Counted from the stretch's first letter, positions 52,628 to 62,513 are shown. The stretch: 64,000 nucleotides of DNA from Vicinamibacterales bacterium (GCA_965223015.1 CBDCVL010000002.1:387899-451898), one strand, 5' to 3'. A program made the numbers and translations. The notes: generated from the sequence alone by a model not told the origin.

Positions 52628-55243
52628 TCACGCAACGGCCGCCGCGTCCTTGCGGAACGTAAGTTCTCCTGCCGTGACATCGACGAGCACCTGGTCGCCC
52701 TCCCCAAATTCCCCCTGCAGAATGCGCATCGCCAGCGAATCGAGCACGCGCCGCTGAATGGCCCGCTTCAATGGCCGCGCGCCGTACGTTGGGTCGAACC
52801 CCTCATCGACGAGCAGGGTCTTGGCAGCCTCCGTCAGCACGAGGCCGACCTTTCGTTCTTCCAAGCGCCGTGTCAGCAGCGACAGCTGAATGTCGATGAT
52901 CGCAACCAGATCGGCACGTCCCAACGCATGGAAGAAGATGATTTCGTCGACGCGGTTCAGAAACTCCGGACGGAAATGACCCCGCAGAGCTTCGGTGACC
53001 TGGCGGCGAACCTCTTCGTCGAGGTCGCCCGTTGTCTTCGTCGCCGCATGTTCCGCAATGTACTGGCTGCCTAGGTTGGACGTCATGATGACGACGGTGT
53101 TCTTGAAGTCGACTGTGCGGCCTTTGCTGTCTGTGAGTCGGCCATCGTCGACGAGCTGCAGCAGGACGTTCAATACCTCCGGATGGGCTTTTTCGATCTC
53201 GTCGAAGAGCACCACCGAGTAGGGGTGCCGCCGAACGGCCTCGGTCAATTGTCCTGCCTCGTCGTACCCGATGTATCCGGGAGGGGCGCCGATCATCCGA
53301 GAAACCGTATGTTTCTCCTGATACTCCGACATGTCGATTCGAATCATCGTCTGTTCATCGTCGAACAGGAACTCGGCGAGTGCTCGGCTCAGTTCCGTCT
53401 TTCCGACCCCTGTTGGCCCAAGGAAAATAAAACTTCCGAGCGGACGCTTGGGATCTTGCAACCCAGCCCGCGCCCGACGAACGGCGTTGGCAACGGAGAC
53501 CACTGCGTCGTCCTGGCCCACCACGCGCTCGCGAAGGCGTTCTTCCATATGGACGAGCTTCTCAATTTCTCCTTCCAGCAACTTGCTGACCGGAACATGC
53601 GTCCACTTGCTTACGACGTCCGCTATGTCGTCCTCGTCGACTTCCTCTTTGAGCATCCGAGCGCCCTGATCATCCGCGTGGAGTCTCACTTCCTCTCCTG
53701 CTAGCTGCTGTTCCAACTCAGGCAGACGTCCGTACTGCAACTCGGACGCCTTCGCGTAGTCGCCCATACGCTGCGCCTGTTCGATCTCATGGCGAAGCGC
53801 ATCGAGCTCTCCCTTGATGTCACGGGATTCCTGAATGGCTTCCTTCTCGTGATCCCACTGCGTCTGCAAACGGCGTTGCTCCTCTTTTCGGTCAGCCACT
53901 TCCTTTTCGAGTTTTGCGAGTCGCTCCCTGGAAGCCTGGTCCTTCTCCTTGCGCAACGCTTCACGTTCGATCTCGAGCTGCATGATCCGCCGCTGTACCT
54001 CATCGAGCTCGGCTGGTAGTGAATCGATCTCCGTGCGGAGTTTCGACGCTGCCTCATCGATCAAGTCGATGGCCTTGTCGGGAAGAAAGCGATCGCTGAT
54101 ATACCGATCTGACAACACGGCCGCTGCGACGAGGGCTGCGTCCTTGAACGTCACGCCGTGATGAATCTCGTACCGCTCACGCAATCCCCGTAGCACGCTG
54201 ATCGTGTCCTCGACGGTCGGTTCGGCCACGAGGGCCGGCTGAAACCGACGCTCCAGTGCGGCATCCTTTTCGATGTGCTTCCGATATTCATCGAGCGTCG
54301 TTGCGCCGATCATGTGGAGCTCGCCGCGCGCAAGCATGGGCTTCAGCATGTTCGACGCGTCGATCGCGCCTTCTGCCGCACCTGCGCCGACCACCGTATG
54401 CAGCTCGTCGAGGAAGAGAACAACGAGCCCCCCGGAGTCGGTGATCTCCTTGAGCACTGCCTTGATTCGTTCCTCGAATTCGCCTCGATACTTGGCGCCG
54501 GCCACGAGGGCGCCCATGTCGAGCGCGACGATCCGCTTTTCTTTGAGCCCTTCGGGAACATCACCGCGGACGATCCGCTGCGCCAGACCTTCGACGATTG
54601 CAGTCTTGCCCACGCCCGGTTCACCGATGAGGACAGGGTTATTCTTGGTTCGTCGTGACAGAACCTGAATGACCCGACGGATCTCTTCATCACGACCGAT
54701 CACCGGGTCGAGCTTGCCTTGCCGGGCGAGCGCCGTGAGATCCCGGCCGTATCGTTCGAGGGCTTCGTACTTGCCCTCTGGATTCTGATCGGTCACTCGC
54801 TGGGAGCCTCTGATCGAGGTCAGGACTTCGTAGATCCGATCGCGCGTGATCTGATGCTCGGAGAGGATTCGAGCTGCCGCGGCCCGGCCGTCCTCAGATG
54901 CGATCGCCACGAGGAAGTGCTCGGCGCTGATGTATTCGTCCTTGAGGTGTTCTGCTTCTGTCTTCGCGACGGAGGTGAGGTTGCTGAGACGGGGAGACAA
55001 CGCCGGCTGTGAACCCCCGCTCGTACGAGGGAGGCGGTCGAGCTCAGCCTTCACCGCCTCGAGGATGATGCTGGGTTCAACGGAGAGTTTCCGGAGCACG
55101 GAGGGCACGACACCGTCTTTTTGACGGACGAGGCCCAGGAGCAGATGCTCCGGTTCGATCTGGGGATGGCCCGCCTCGCTCGCAAGCTCCTGTGCCGAAA
55201 GCAGTGCCTCCTGAGCCTTCTCTGTCATCCGGTTCATATTCAT
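52628..55243 (-). CDS. clpB: ATP-dependent chaperone ClpB
   Basis: 871-aa [11 protein letters not shown] and GPTGVGKT Walker A motifs, with a long coiled-coil M-domain between the NBDs. Confidence 0.95.
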   Translation of the reverse strand: MNMNRMTEKAQEALLSAQELASEAGHPQIEPEHLLLGLVRQKDGVVPSVLRKLSVEPSIILEAVKAELDRLPRTSGGSQPALSPRLSNLTSVAKTEAEHLKDEYISAEHFLVAIASEDGRAAAARILSEHQITRDRIYEVLTSIRGSQRVTDQNPEGKYEALERYGRDLTALARQGKLDPVIGRDEEIRRVIQVLSRRTKNNPVLIGEPGVGKTAIVEGLAQRIVRGDVPEGLKEKRIVALDMGALVAGAKYRGEFEERIKAVLKEITDSGGLVVLFLDELHTVVGAGAAEGAIDASNMLKPMLARGELHMIGATTLDEYRKHIEKDAALERRFQPALVAEPTVEDTISVLRGLRERYEIHHGVTFKDAALVAAAVLSDRYISDRFLPDKAIDLIDEAASKLRTEIDSLPAELDEVQRRIMQLEIEREALRKEKDQASRERLAKLEKEVADRKEEQRRLQTQWDHEKEAIQESRDIKGELDALRHEIEQAQRMGDYAKASELQYGRLPELEQQLAGEEVRLHADDQGARMLKEEVDEDDIADVVSKWTHVPVSKLLEGEIEKLVHMEERLRERVVGQDDAVVSVANAVRRARAGLQDPKRPLGSFIFLGPTGVGKTELSRALAEFLFDDEQTMIRIDMSEYQEKHTVSRMIGAPPGYIGYDEAGQLTEAVRRHPYSVVLFDEIEKAHPEVLNVLLQLVDDGRLTDSKGRTVDFKNTVVIMTSNLGSQYIAEHAATKTTGDLDEEVRRQVTEALRGHFRPEFLNRVDEIIFFHALGRADLVAIIDIQLSLLTRRLEERKVGLVLTEAAKTLLVDEGFDPTYGARPLKRAIQRRVLDSLAMRILQGEFGEGDQVLVDVTAGELTFRKDAAAVA

Positions 55244-55264
55244 GTCTTACCCTCACAACACTGT

Positions 55265-56302
55265 TCACGCGACCGGCTTCTTCGTCTTGGACTTGGCGCG
55301 GGTCTTTGGCCCCGTTGCTTGCGAGTCGAGCTCCGCTAGGGCCTCGTAGTGCGTTCTGGCCTTCGGGCTTAGATGATCAGGAAGCTTGACCTGGACAGTC
55401 GCGTAGAGGTTGCCACGTGCCTTGCGGCGGCCATGTCCGGGCATACCCTTGCCCTTGAGACGCATCACCTGTCCCGGTTGGGTCGAGGGAGGGATCTTGA
55501 GTCGGACAGAAGTGCCGTCCACTGTCGGAACATCCACTTCGCCGCCGATCACTGCTGTGCTGACCGGTATCGCCGTCTTGACATACAAGTCCTGTCCCTT
55601 CCGCTCAAAAACGGGATGGGAGTCAAGGTGGACTCTCAGATAGAGATCTCCGCGCACACCCTTAGGACCAGGCTCTCCCTCACCGGCGACCCGAACGCGC
55701 GAGCCCTCCGTGACGCCAGCTGGAATCCTGACGTCTACGGTGCGGGGCGACCCTCCCTGCGCTGGGCGGATGGACAGCCGCTGCGCAACTCCTCCGAACG
55801 CCTGTTCCAACGAAAGCGAAATCGGGTACTCGATGTCCCTGGCGCGCCCAGTCGGCCTGTCTGGCCCGCTGCCTGCGAAGAATGTCTGAAAGAAGTCCGA
55901 GAAGGGGGTTTCCCCGAACATCTCGCGGAACTCGTCTTCGGACACCTGTTGCGCTCCCGGAGCGCCGCCGGCGTTCCACCGGACGCCACCGCCTGGCGCC
56001 CCACCGAAGCCGGCGAACGGGCCTCCGGATCCAGGACGCCGGCCTCCGCCGGCGGGCACGTTTTCGTACTGCTTCCAGTTGGCGCCAAGCTCGTCATACT
56101 TACGCCGGGTGTCCGGGTCCCCGAGAACCTCGTGTGCCTCGTTGAACTCCTTGAACTTCGTTTCTGCGCTGGCATCACCCGGGTTGACGTCGGGGTGATA
56201 CTTGCGCGCGAGTTTCCGGTAGGCTGTCTTGATCTCGCTTACGCTCGCCGTCTTGGTGATCCCAAGCAGCTGGTAATAGTCTTTGAACTGCATCCTGTCC
56301 AT
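55265..56302 (-). CDS. cbpA: J-domain co-chaperone lacking the zinc-finger region (CbpA/DnaJ class II-like)
   Basis: 345-aa ORF. KDYYQLLGI, KYHPDVN (HPD), G/F-rich linker, no CxxCxGxG repeats. Confidence 0.8.
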   Translation of the reverse strand: MDRMQFKDYYQLLGITKTASVSEIKTAYRKLARKYHPDVNPGDASAETKFKEFNEAHEVLGDPDTRRKYDELGANWKQYENVPAGGGRRPGSGGPFAGFGGAPGGGVRWNAGGAPGAQQVSEDEFREMFGETPFSDFFQTFFAGSGPDRPTGRARDIEYPISLSLEQAFGGVAQRLSIRPAQGGSPRTVDVRIPAGVTEGSRVRVAGEGEPGPKGVRGDLYLRVHLDSHPVFERKGQDLYVKTAIPVSTAVIGGEVDVPTVDGTSVRLKIPPSTQPGQVMRLKGKGMPGHGRRKARGNLYATVQVKLPDHLSPKARTHYEALAELDSQATGPKTRAKSKTKKPVA

Positions 56303-56312
56303 CCGCGTGCGG

Positions 56313-56476
56313 CTAGTGTCCCGAGTACGAAGTACCTAGCCATTCGGCCGGCGCTGCATCCCGCCTGTCGGCGTTGCGAATCGCTCGAATATTCCCGATA
56401 TTCTCGCTCTTCGAGCCTGGCCAGTCGGGCGCATCGCCATCCTCGATGACAAGGTATTTCATACTCGGAACACTAG
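56313..56476 (+). repeat. 164-bp foldback (MITE-like) repeat, family R1, copy 2
   Basis: Same length and CTAG termini as copy 1. Arms 22/25 complementary (3 transitions). The last CTAG contains the hspR TAG stop (minus strand). Confidence 0.85.
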
Positions 56477-56811
56477 AACCCGAGAAGCCTACTCAATCGA
56501 TCGACCTCGCGACGTAGGGCGCGTTTCTTCCTCGTTGAGGCGGCCCCACCCTCGTCGACGAGTGGGCGAATCCGCTCGACGACATCGGCGATCGTTAGTA
56601 GCTGCTGCACGCCGGCGAGGTTGATACCGAGCTCGTCGACCAGGCGCTTGATTGACCTGAGACGGCGCATTTCGTCGCGCGAGTACAGCCGCATGCTCCC
56701 GATGGTTCGCGTTGGCTGAACAAGTCCCAGACGCTCGTATTTGCGCAGCGTTTGGGGGTGCATCCCCAACTCACGCGCCGCCATGCTGATAAAGAAGACC
56801 TCTGGTTCCAT
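56473..56811 (-). CDS. hspR: MerR-family heat-shock repressor HspR
   Basis: 112-aa ORF. ISMAARELGMHPQTLRKYERLGLVQPTRT..RLYS..GINLAG matches the HspR pattern. Upstream of cbpA-clpB. Confidence 0.85.
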   Translation of the reverse strand: MEPEVFFISMAARELGMHPQTLRKYERLGLVQPTRTIGSMRLYSRDEMRRLRSIKRLVDELGINLAGVQQLLTIADVVERIRPLVDEGGAASTRKKRALRREVDRLSRLLGF

Positions 56812-56831
56812 CGTTCAACCCTGCGTCAGTA

Positions 56832-56862
56832 CAAGTCTAGCACTTGATACGGATCATATCAA
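56832..56862 (-). promoter_or_regulatory. candidate hspR promoter TTGATA-17-TAGACT with overlapping inverted repeat CAAGT-N5-ACTTG
   Basis: Read on the minus strand. The IR (56832-56846) covers the -10 and is HAIR-like but not identical to CTTGAGT-N7-ACTCAAG. Confidence 0.5.
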
Positions 56863-56881
56863 CATTGGGCCTGTTCCCATG

Positions 56882-56915
56882 CTGGTGTCCGCGGTCCAGG
56901 CCTGGGCTACACTAG
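56882..56915. repeat. 34-bp palindromic mini-element carrying only R1-like termini (CTGGTGT...CTACACTAG)
   Basis: The termini match the copy-3 subfamily ends (7/7 and 9/9 nt). The interior is CCGCGGTCCAGGCCTGGG. Confidence 0.25.
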
Positions 56916-56993
56916 TGGTCCATTACGGCGTCGATCGGTTCGGTATCGTTCGCCACTGATGTACCCGACGGAAGTCACTCGCCGTCCCTTCGC

Positions 56994-58460
56994 GTGATTT
57001 GCACGGTGCCAAGACCGGAGACGTTTTCTTCTCGCTGGGCCGTCATCATCGCCGGTCTCGGTATGGCCGTCGGTACAGGGAATCTCTGGCGGTTTCCCAG
57101 GATCGCGGCCCAGAACGGCGGTGCGGCGTTTCTGATTCCCTGGATGTTGTTCCTGGTGTTGTGGTCTCTTCCCTTGCTGATCGCCGAGTTCGGACTCGGA
57201 CGCGGGGCCCGGCGCGGCCCGATCGGAACGTTCAGGACGCTGCTTGGTCCCAAGTACGCCTGGATGGGCGGCTTTGTTGCTCTGACCACGATCATGATCA
57301 TGTTCTATTACTCGGTGGTCACCGGGTGGACGCTCAAGTACTTCGTGATGAGCATTACCGGTGGTGTGCCTCGCGACTCCAGCGCGTTCTGGACGGCGTA
57401 CAGCGCCTCCGTTTGTCAACCGATCCTGTTCCACCTCGTCTCGATATCTATCGGCGTTTTGATTGTCTCGCGAGGCGTCACTGGTGGAATCGAACGGGCG
57501 ACCAAGCTCCTGATCCCCTCGCTCTTCGTACTCCTGATCTGCGCCGTTGTGCGTGCGGTCACGTTGGACGGTGCCGGGAGTGGTCTCACGTTTCTCTTTC
57601 AGCCCGATCTGACGGCGTTGGCGAACTACCGCACATGGCTCGAGGCCCTGACGCAATCGGCGTGGTCGACGGGAGCAGGGTGGGGTCTGATTCTGACGTA
57701 CGGTGTCTATGTGAAAGAGAAGGAGGACGTCGTCGTCAGCTCGGCGGCGATCGGCCTCGGGAACAACGTTGCATCACTCCTGGCGGGGATGGCCATACTT
57801 CCGGTCGCGTTCGCAGTTCTTTCCACGTCTGAGGCGCTTGAGGCGTTCGCGTCGGGAAACACCGGTCTAACTTTCATCTGGATACCCCAGCTTTTTGCCA
57901 GGGCACCGGGCGGAAGCGTGCTGCTCCCCGTCTTCTTTCTCGCGCTCTTCTGTGCGGCGCTCTCGTCTTTGATCGCGATGATCGAGCTCGCAGCGCGTGT
58001 GCTGATCGACGGAGGGATGAGGCGCGCCGCGGCGGTACGCGCGGTCGCGGTTGCCGCGGCCTTCGGAGGACTGCCTTCTGCTGTCAGCCTCTCGATGTTC
58101 GAAAACCAAGACTGGGTGTGGGGACTCGCTCTGATGATCAGCGGATTGTTCATCGCGATCGCGGTAACAAAGTACGGTTCTGATCGGTTCCGGAGCGAGT
58201 TTCTCAATTCCGGCGAGGGCACGGTGCACGTCGGCCCGATCTTCGGGTGGATGCTCACCTACCTGATCCCAGTGCAGTTCGCCGTCATGTTCGGATGGTG
58301 GATGTATCAGGCCGTGGCGGTGTACGACCCCGAGGGCTGGTGGAACCCAGTCCGTACCTATAGTTTGGGAACCTGTTTGCTCCAATGGGGCATTGCGCTG
58401 CTGCTGTTGCGGATGTTCAATGAGCGCCTGGCACGGGCGAGCGTCAGCGAGCCATCATGA
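56994..58460 (+). CDS. sodium-dependent transporter, neurotransmitter:sodium symporter (SNF) family
   Basis: 488-aa polytopic ORF. GLGMAVGTGNLWRFP signature. GTG start. Confidence 0.85.
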   Translation: MICTVPRPETFSSRWAVIIAGLGMAVGTGNLWRFPRIAAQNGGAAFLIPWMLFLVLWSLPLLIAEFGLGRGARRGPIGTFRTLLGPKYAWMGGFVALTTIMIMFYYSVVTGWTLKYFVMSITGGVPRDSSAFWTAYSASVCQPILFHLVSISIGVLIVSRGVTGGIERATKLLIPSLFVLLICAVVRAVTLDGAGSGLTFLFQPDLTALANYRTWLEALTQSAWSTGAGWGLILTYGVYVKEKEDVVVSSAAIGLGNNVASLLAGMAILPVAFAVLSTSEALEAFASGNTGLTFIWIPQLFARAPGGSVLLPVFFLALFCAALSSLIAMIELAARVLIDGGMRRAAAVRAVAVAAAFGGLPSAVSLSMFENQDWVWGLALMISGLFIAIAVTKYGSDRFRSEFLNSGEGTVHVGPIFGWMLTYLIPVQFAVMFGWWMYQAVAVYDPEGWWNPVRTYSLGTCLLQWGIALLLLRMFNERLARASVSEPS

Positions 58461-58509
58461 GGCGGAGAACGCTGTGTTACGCTAGTAAGCTGAAGCGAAA
58501 GGAGAGGCA

Positions 58510-58938
58510 GTGTATCCAGAGTTCTTTATTGCGCCGATGCGCGACGAGCTGACCCGTCTTGGAGCCGTTGAGCTCCGTACGTCCCAACAGGTCGACGACA
58601 CCCTGTCGAAGGACGGAACGGTCATGGTCGTTGTTAACTCAGTCTGTGGTTGCGCAGCCGGAAAGGCCCGCCCCGGAGTAGCGTTGGCACTTCAGCACGA
58701 CGTCAAGCCCGACGTCGTGGCTACCGTGTTTGCCGGTGCCGATGTCGAGGCAACGGACCGAGCGCGAGGGTATTTCACCGGCTATCCTCCATCTTCTCCC
58801 GCGGTGGCGTTGCTCCGAGACGGCAAACTCATCTACATCATGGAGCGCCACCAGATCGAGAACCAGGAGGCGACCAGCATCGCCCGCGAGCTGACGGACG
58901 CGTTCGATAAGCACTGCGCCCAGGCGGCCGCCGGCTAG
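58510..58938 (+). CDS. bacilliredoxin (BrxA/BrxB, DUF1094) family thiol-disulfide protein
   Basis: 142-aa ORF. MYPEFFIAPMRDELT, VVVNSVCGCAAG (CGC motif). SD AAGGAGAGG. Confidence 0.8.
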   Translation: MYPEFFIAPMRDELTRLGAVELRTSQQVDDTLSKDGTVMVVVNSVCGCAAGKARPGVALALQHDVKPDVVATVFAGADVEATDRARGYFTGYPPSSPAVALLRDGKLIYIMERHQIENQEATSIARELTDAFDKHCAQAAAG

Positions 58939-58965
58939 GACTGCCCGAAACGAGACACGACATGG

Positions 58966-59976
58966 CTACCGTGCCGGTGGAGGTGGCTCCATCTTCGGCG
59001 GAGGCGTGCCGGGGACGATCGGCAGTGGTGTCCCCGTCGCGTAGCGCTGGCACTCCGCACCCACAACATCAGCCAGTGCGTCTAGGAACGACGGGTCGTC
59101 GTTGACGGCCTCCGCTCGACTCATCGCGACGCCAGCTTCGTCGCAGACTTCAGCCGCTTCGGTATCAAGATCGTAAAGAATCTCAATGTGGTCGGCGACG
59201 AAGCCGATCGGGCTGAGGACGACCGCGTCTAGTCCGGCAGCCCCTTCCGCACGCAGATAGTCGCAGACGTCAGGCTCGAGCCAGGGATCTTGCGGGCGGC
59301 CGCTCCGACTCTGATAGACCAGTGTCCAGTCCTTCCATTGCAACCGTTGGGCAATCAGGGCAGCAGACTCGCCTAGCTCCGTTTCGTACCGCGACCCAGA
59401 GGCCATTGTCAGCGGGATACTGTGGGCCGTGAAGACGAGCCGCGCCCGCTGTCGGAGGTCGGCCGGTAGCCGATCCAGAGCATCCCGGATGTGACGGGCG
59501 TTTGCGTCGATGAATCCTTCGTGCGTGTGCCACCCTGCGACGTACGTGACCTCGACATCCCGCACTCCTTCCGCACCGATGGTCTTACGGGCTTGAACGA
59601 CGTTCTGTTTGTACTGACCGCAACTGGAATAGCTGTGATGGGCTGCGAGCATTACGCCGAGTGCGCGGCGCACGCCGTCGGCCGACATCTGCTTGAGTGT
59701 ATCTTCGAGAAACGGGTGCCAGTTTCGCATCCCAACGTACACGGGGACGTTGCTGGCGAGTCGCTGGCGGAGACCTTCCGCTTGGCGCAGCGTGATCTCT
59801 GTAATTGGCGAGACGCCATCGAAGAGCTCGTAGTGACCCACGACATGCTCCAGACGTTCGGCGGGGATACTCCTGCCCCGAAGGACGTTCGCGAGAAAGG
59901 GGCGGATTTCTTTCGGTTCGCGCGGACCACCAAAACTGATGAGAACGACGGCGTCAAATGGGCGTGAAGGCGGCAC
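58966..59976 (-). CDS. hemH: ferrochelatase
   Basis: 336-aa ORF. VVLISFGGP, LVFTAHSIP. GTG start. Confidence 0.9.
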   Translation of the reverse strand: MPPSRPFDAVVLISFGGPREPKEIRPFLANVLRGRSIPAERLEHVVGHYELFDGVSPITEITLRQAEGLRQRLASNVPVYVGMRNWHPFLEDTLKQMSADGVRRALGVMLAAHHSYSSCGQYKQNVVQARKTIGAEGVRDVEVTYVAGWHTHEGFIDANARHIRDALDRLPADLRQRARLVFTAHSIPLTMASGSRYETELGESAALIAQRLQWKDWTLVYQSRSGRPQDPWLEPDVCDYLRAEGAAGLDAVVLSPIGFVADHIEILYDLDTEAAEVCDEAGVAMSRAEAVNDDPSFLDALADVVGAECQRYATGTPLPIVPGTPPPKMEPPPPAR

Positions 59977-60114
59977 AACGTTTCTATCATCTCATACGTG
60001 AAATCCGCGGTGACCTTCGCGATCTCTTTGCCAGCCTGCGCTGTGAGGGATGGGTTGGCTGCGAGTACCGTCCGCGCGCGGGATCGCTGGCTGCCGACAG
60101 GGTTGGAAGTCTGG

Positions 60115-60366
60115 CTAGCGCCGAATTGGACGGCGGTCAGTCCGGTGGTTGCCTGATGCGAGGCGCTGCTCCAGCTGTTCGCGGATGTCTGTTTCCAGGG
60201 TTTCGACGGGGGCGTCCGGTGGGAGCCTGAGCTTCAGGGAAAAATAGCTGTCGTGGGGTCAGTCCCACATGACGATCTCGCAGGAGCCGTTCTCGCCGCT
60301 AGAGACGAGGGTCACCGTATAGTCGAGGTTGAGGTCGCTGAGCACACACTGAGTCAGTTCTTTCAT
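60115..60366 (-). pseudogene. 83-codon coding-like frame interrupted by one in-frame TGA (60259-60261); alternatively a 35-aa CDS 60259..60366
   Basis: Own translation MKELTQCVLSDLNLDYTVTLVSSGENGSCEIVMWD*PHDSYFSLKLRLPPDAPVETLETDIREQLEQRLASGNHRTDRRPIRR*. SD GAGGCGAGG. GC3 is high on both sides of the TGA. Confidence 0.3.
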
Positions 60367-60526
60367 TTACCTCGCCTCTCGACCCCAAGGAAGCTGTAGC
60401 AAAGGGCGGGCCAGCAACTGCACGAATGACCGAGGCCGTCGAGACGGCGGGGGTCTGGATCGGCCGCTGTTGCTGCCGTGCGCTTTGGCGACCGACCTGC
60501 GCGGTGGGATAGAATAGACGTTTGGT

Positions 60527-60603
<77 letters not shown>

Positions 60604-60912
60604 GTTTCTTGCCTTCTCCACTTGCAACGGCGGTGTAACCGAAGGCCTCTGGGTGGGCATCCAGGCAATCCAGGCCACGTAGTCGTGTCTCCGGGGTTCA
60701 CTTGCCGCTGAAGCTCCGGGCGCTGCGTTGCTCGAAGTACCCTTAGGGGTAACCGAAAGCCGATGCTCAAGCTGACTTCCTGACTTCGAGCGGCCACTGA
60801 TCTGTCGAAATACCCGCAATTCCTACTGCTTGCCTAGGACCAGATATTGCACGTCTTTGCCCAGGTTTTCCAATCTCAGTCAGGCGCGAACGCGTTGATC
60901 CCTCTACGACTC

Positions 60913-61077
60913 ATGGCCCGCAGCGTGGTGCACCGGACACAAGAGATGTTGCTCGCCTACGATCGCAAGTCGCGCACACTGGACCTGAAGCCCTGCAGTT
61001 ACTGTCATTGCTGGGTGCCGACCGAGGCGCGGGTGTGCCGCTACTGTAAGGCGATCCTGACACTCGGGAGTCATTGA
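60913..61077 (+). CDS. small zinc-ribbon protein (CxxC...CxxC), hypothetical
   Basis: Track ORF 60847..61077. ATG 60913 gives MARSVVHRTQ...PCSYCHCWVPTEARVCRYCKAIL. Confidence 0.45.
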   Translation: MARSVVHRTQEMLLAYDRKSRTLDLKPCSYCHCWVPTEARVCRYCKAILTLGSH

Positions 61078-61184
61078 CGTACGGCGAGGCCCACGGCCGG
61101 TCCGGACACTGAGCTGGTCTGGTCGTCGGTGCGTATGCCCGTCAGAGCACTCGGCTATAATCAGCGCGCTCGAGAGAGCACACG

Positions 61185-61457
61185 ATGATCGTGGCGCGGC
61201 GATACCTCGCGAGTGGTCAGGTTCAGGGGGTCGGGTTTCGATTCTTTACCGAAGAAGCGGCGCGGCGAGAGGGGCTCACCGGGTTTGTACGAAACCTCGA
61301 CGATGCGCGCGTAGAGATCCTTGCGGAGGGAGACACCGAAGCGATGGCTCGATTCGAGCGCGCGATCTGGCTCGGGCCTCCGCTGGCTCGGGTGGTGAAC
61401 GTGATTGCGGAAGAACGAGTGCCGACGGGCACCATTGGGTTCCAGATTCGTGCATGA
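61185..61457 (+). CDS. acyP: acylphosphatase
   Basis: 90-aa ORF. SGQVQGVGFRFF, GFVRNL. Confidence 0.85.
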   Translation: MIVARRYLASGQVQGVGFRFFTEEAARREGLTGFVRNLDDARVEILAEGDTEAMARFERAIWLGPPLARVVNVIAEERVPTGTIGFQIRA

Positions 61458-61466
61458 CAAGACCTC

Positions 61467-61982
61467 ATGGAAACACTCAAGAGACTCATTCGACACGTCC
61501 CCGACTATCCGAAGCCCGGCATCTTGTTCTACGACATTACGACGCTGCTCAAGGATGGCGACGGATTCAGGCGTGCAGTCGACGCAGTGGTCGAGCCGTA
61601 TCGCGAGCGACCTATCGACGCGATCGTAGGCATCGAAAGTCGCGGCTTTATCCTTGGAGCCGCGGTTGCGGACCGATTGGGCGTTGGCTTCATCCCGGTT
61701 CGAAAGCCGGGCAAGCTGCCATCGCAGACCGTCAGCGCGAGCTATGAGCTCGAATATGGCGTCGACTCGCTCGAGATACACGACGACGCGGTCGCCTCCG
61801 GCGAGCGGATCCTCATCGTCGATGACCTGCTAGCAACTGGTGGCACCGCTCGAGCGACCGTCGGGCTCGTCAAACAAAGTGGTGCGCGGGTGGTTGGGTT
61901 GTCGTTCCTGATTGAGTTGACGGATCTCGACGGCCGTTCGAAACTGGACGGGGAAGAGGTCACGTCTGTCCTGTGTTACTGA
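61467..61982 (+). CDS. apt: adenine phosphoribosyltransferase
   Basis: 171-aa [21 protein letters not shown] motif [13 protein letters not shown]. Confidence 0.9.
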   Translation: METLKRLIRHVPDYPKPGILFYDITTLLKDGDGFRRAVDAVVEPYRERPIDAIVGIESRGFILGAAVADRLGVGFIPVRKPGKLPSQTVSASYELEYGVDSLEIHDDAVASGERILIVDDLLATGGTARATVGLVKQSGARVVGLSFLIELTDLDGRSKLDGEEVTSVLCY

Positions 61983-62012
61983 CGCAGACGTCTTCCGGTC
62001 GCTGATACGCAT

Positions 62013-62513
62013 ATGGACCTTCCATTGGTGGCGGTGGGCGGTCTCCTGGCGCTTGGGCTTGCGATGCTGGTGCGCGAGATTCGACGCCACCGGCGGGCGC
62101 AGCTATTGACCGCTCTCCTTGCGATGTTCGGGCCCGTTGCGGCCCGAGCGCAGACCGAGCCGCGACAGCTCGTTGCATGGGGTGATATCGCCGCGACGGC
62201 GCGCGCACTGTTCCCTGATCTCTTTCGGGATCTGGATGCTGCCAGTGGAGGACGGTTTCCGTTTTCGGCCGAGCTTATCAAGCGGTCGCATGATCGCTGG
62301 ACGGCTGAGTGGTTGGCCTGGGAGCGGGAACACGATCTCGAGTACAAGATCCGAGCGGACCGGGTCGAGGCCGAGTTGGCCCGGGCAGAAGCCGACGAGG
62401 TGTCGAATCTTCGAGCTCAGCTGTCGGCGATCGAACAGGAGAAGCTTCAACGGTATCAGGAGCGCTACGAGGACTATGTACTCCTGGGAAAAGCAATCGC
62501 TGAACTTGAGTAG
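62013..62513 (+). CDS. hypothetical membrane-anchored coiled-coil protein
   Basis: 166-aa ORF. N-terminal TM (LPLVAVGGLLALGLAMLV), C-terminal heptad-like region. Confidence 0.5.
   Translation: MDLPLVAVGGLLALGLAMLVREIRRHRRAQLLTALLAMFGPVAARAQTEPRQLVAWGDIAATARALFPDLFRDLDAASGGRFPFSAELIKRSHDRWTAEWLAWEREHDLEYKIRADRVEAELARAEADEVSNLRAQLSAIEQEKLQRYQERYEDYVLLGKAIAELE

Noticed and set aside
60259-60261. In-frame TGA as selenocysteine.
   Set aside because: No convincing SECIS-type hairpin lies at the required distance. Only a 5-bp CCUGA-AGC-UCAGG stem is present, 20 nt downstream, and there is no redox-motif context. A nonsense mutation or a genuine stop is more parsimonious.
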